Assembly (NCBI GenBank): GCA_963663165.1
Contig: OY760175.1
Coordinates: 3,616,001-3,680,000 of the forward strand
Length of the DNA: 64,000 nucleotides
Direction of reading: 5' to 3'
Source: an uncultured Desulfospira sp.
Lineage (GTDB): Bacteria > Desulfobacterota > Desulfobacteria > Desulfobacterales > Desulfobacteraceae
The number at the start of each line of letters is the position of its first letter. The stretch's first letter is position 1. This document shows, in pieces, positions 61,101-64,000 of this stretch. Position numbers and translations under genes: made by a program. Below the pieces are notes generated by a model, which saw nothing but the letters and a program-made list of their open reading frames with translations, had not been told where the DNA came from and searched no databases.

Positions 61101-64000
61101 AGAGCCGGCAGCTGTAGGTGGTTGATCCGTTATTGTCCGTATAGACCAGATTCCCGTCCACCAGAAACGAGACCTGGCTGATGCCGGCTGGATCAGATCC
61201 GGTCAGGGTAATCCAGCCGGTTTTTCCAAGGGTCATATTTTCCTGGAAAGTGTCTGAATCCCATTGGGTATCTGTTATGGAAGGCCCCTGGGTGTCCGGG
61301 ACCGGTACGGCGCAAATTGTTGCAACCCCGGTATTTTCCCCTCCGGACAGGTTGACGGTTGTCACGGCCATATAATAGGTGGTGTTGTTGGTCAGCCCGG
61401 CTATTCCGGCTGAAAGGCCGGTGGCGGTAACTGCCGGGGAAAGGCCGGTGACATCTGAGAAATCAGAATCACTGATATAGATACGGTACTGTTTGACCAG
61501 CTCTGACGGTTCTGCCCCGTCCCAGGTCAGATTCACGTATCCGCTGTGGGGATCAGATATAAGATTGACGGGGTTGGGAAGCCACGTAATACCGGAAAGC
61601 TGTACCCCCGCACTTTCGTTCCCGGAAAAATCAAGGGCCGTAATCCTGAACCATACCCGGGTGGCCGGGGCAAGGCCGGTGAGCTCATAACCGGCCTGGG
61701 AGGCGGGAATATCCGTCCCTTCAGTTTGGCCGTCAATATAGACCCTGTAACCGGACAGATCCCCATAGGTGTTGGCCGAATGGGTCCAGGAAAACAGCAG
61801 CCGGTCATTAAAACATTGGACCGCAAGTCCGGTGGCATCCTCGGGCGGGGTGGTATCGGCAATCAGGGGAAGGGCTTGGGAAAGCGCATTGTTGAGCTCA
61901 TCAGACTCTTCGACCTCACCGCTGCTGTCGGCATTGACCGTTATGGTGTGGTAGCCGGGAGTGCTTTTCCAGGTCCAGGTGACATCAAGGAGATCCCCGG
62001 GCATCATGACCTGGTTAAGCCGTGAGGTCCTGACCGGATTTTCATCAATTAGAAAGGCAATATTCACGGGCACGGCCAGGGGGCCTTCACCGGTATTTTC
62101 GATCTTTGCCGTAAAGACAAGGGGAGTGCCGGACTGGATATCCTGGGCCGGTTCCCAGGATATGGCCGAAACCGTAAGATCCGGGGGCGGCCCCTGGGTC
62201 AGGAACCGGAAGACTTTACTTGCGGTCGCTTCTCCTGCTGCATCTTTTGCAACCACCTGCCAGTAATACCAGGTTCCCAGGGCAAGGTCCGACACCGTAT
62301 AGCCCGGTGAAGACAGATCCTGGGCAAGTAGGACCAGGCTGTCAGGCCCTGTTCCGAAGTAAAGATCATAGGTCAGCACATCCCAGGGGTTGGGGTCGCT
62401 GCACTGCCAGGACAGGGCAAGGGTGCCGTCGGTTAAGGCAACCTGAGTCCCCTGGTCTGCCGGAACCGGGCTGACCGGGGCAAACGGGGCGGTATTGGGC
62501 GGCGGAAGGGTAACACAGTCGCTGGGCTCAATCAGCCAGGGGGCGGTTTCCACTTCCCCGTAGACCGCATCCCCGGCATAACCGGGTCCCTGGACATCAT
62601 TCCACCAGTTGTTGGCCGCGGTTACGGCCAGGGTATTATTGTATATGCCAAACTGGCTGTTTCCCACAAAATTATTCTGTTCAATATAGGGGGCGGCTGA
62701 ATTTTCAAGTCTGATGCCGGTCTGGTTTTCCGTTAGGTTGTTGCAGTGCAGCACGGCATTGTTGCACCCGGTTCCGGACAGATAAATCCCTGCCGCGGAA
62801 CTTGCCCGGACAGTGGTATTGACAATGGTCGGAGACGCGTTGCCGCACAAAATAGCCCCATTAACGTCTTGTCCGGCAAATTCCACCACGCAATGGTCCA
62901 GCATCGTGTCAGCGTCAACCGTCAGGTCCTGAAAATTGATTCCCCGCCAGTCACCGGGAGCCGGGGCCTCGCTGGCCGAGGTGAACAATACCGGGGCGTC
63001 CGCCGTGCCGTTGACCTTTAATGTGCCCAAATCGTAACCATAACCGATCTTAAGCCAGGAATAGCCTTCAAATTTTACAATTGATCCGGCCTCTACGGTT
63101 AATATGGCCGGGGTGCTGCTGTCTTTGAAAACATACAGGTCCCCGTTTACCACATAGGGCAGGCCCTCATTGGCATGCCAGGTGGATTTCCAGTTGAGCG
63201 TTCCGGCATCCATCCGGATTCCCCTGGACGCTACTCCCGCATTGCCCGTCATATGTTCCAGGTTTACATCCGGGTAAAATCGCAGCCCGTATTCGTCATT
63301 TTGGGTAAAGGTGTTGTCCTGGATTACCGGCGAGGCGTTGCCTTTAAAATAAATCCCGGACCCGGCATTGGCCGTGAAGGTCGAATTTTTAATGACAGCG
63401 CTGCTGCCGCTGCCCTGGCCGGACAGCCCAAAACCGAGGTTCTCCTGAAACCGGGCGTTTTCTATTGTCGGGGCTGCGTTTCCCAGATAAATCCCCGCAT
63501 TGGTTCCACAGCCTGCGTATTCAACGGTAAAATGCCTCAGGACCGTCTGATCATCCACGGTCTTGTCATGAAAACTGATCCCCTGCCAGTCTCCGGGGGC
63601 CGGGTTCTCACTGGCCGAGGTGAACAATACCGGGGCATCTGCCGTGCCATTGACCTTTAATGTGCCCAAATCGTAGCCGTAACCGATCTGCAGCCGAATA
63701 TTGTCTTTAAATTTTACAATTGATCCCGCCTCTATGGTTAAAACGGCCGGGGTGCTGCTGTTTTTGCAGACAGTCACGTTTCCGGCCACCACATAGGGCA
63801 GGCCGTCATTGGCATGCCAGGTGGATTTCCAGTTGACCGTTCCGCCATCTATTCTGATCCCGTTGGACGTAACCCCCGCATTGCCCGTCATATTTTCCAG
63901 GTTTACACCCGGGTGGAACTGCAGGCCGTATTCGTCATTGCCGATAAAGGTGTTGTCCCGGATTACCGGGGAGGCATTATCCTGAAAATAGATCCCGGAC
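52177..64000 (-). CDS. Giant (>3940 aa) adhesin-RHS/YD-repeat protein; 5' end beyond the window
   Basis: Frame is open to the right edge. Beta-helix repeats, CARDB (PDLTVSAI...EESDELNN), Fn3/Ig domains, Cys-rich linker, YD repeats, RHS core [30 protein letters not shown]...[10 protein letters not shown]. Confidence 0.93.
   Translation of the reverse strand, partial: [3940 protein letters not shown]
62940..64000 (-). repeat. 639-bp (213-aa) tandem intragenic repeat in the RHS giant
   Basis: ATG of MTGNAGV at 63891 and 63252; near-identical DNA blocks ([21 protein letters not shown]); partial third unit at the edge. Confidence 0.9.

Overview
Bacterial chromosomal window. Gene content and intergenic repeats suggest a sulfate-reducing deltaproteobacterium (Desulfobacteraceae-like); this is inference, not a database hit. 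Layout: (1) 1-6.4 kb: molybdopterin oxidoreductase (runs off the left edge), GlxA-type AraC regulator, flavodoxin-family protein, yajD and several gene remnants. (2) 6.5-13.2 kb: cluster of VPxP/PEP-CTERM exosortase-target surface proteins, with a c-di-GMP-I riboswitch and an adjacent dockerin-like + cohesin-like gene pair. (3) CCG-domain Fe-S oxidoreductase, FmdE-family protein and carA-carB-purF-radical SAM. (4) 24.9-32.8 kb, minus strand: DUF4198-cbiM-cbiL-like Ni/Co uptake genes, then two nicotianamine-synthase paralogues, a divergent PLP fold-III enzyme, an aldehyde dehydrogenase and an AEC transporter. (5) Two more PEP-CTERM genes (one frameshifted in an (AT)5 tract) and an unannotated 35-aa membrane peptide gene. 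(6) Signalling island: HK-RR-diguanylate cyclase, and TonB receptor-YfiR-hybrid kinases. (7) A >3900-aa adhesin-RHS giant (runs off the right edge) followed by a 1400-aa secreted partner with two dockerin-like modules and no immunity gene. The best candidates for undescribed systems are a nicotianamine-like metallophore pathway tied to an ECF Ni/Co transporter, and an exosortase-anchored cohesin-dockerin display platform that may tether the RHS assembly. All family assignments come from motif recognition by eye; no searches were run.
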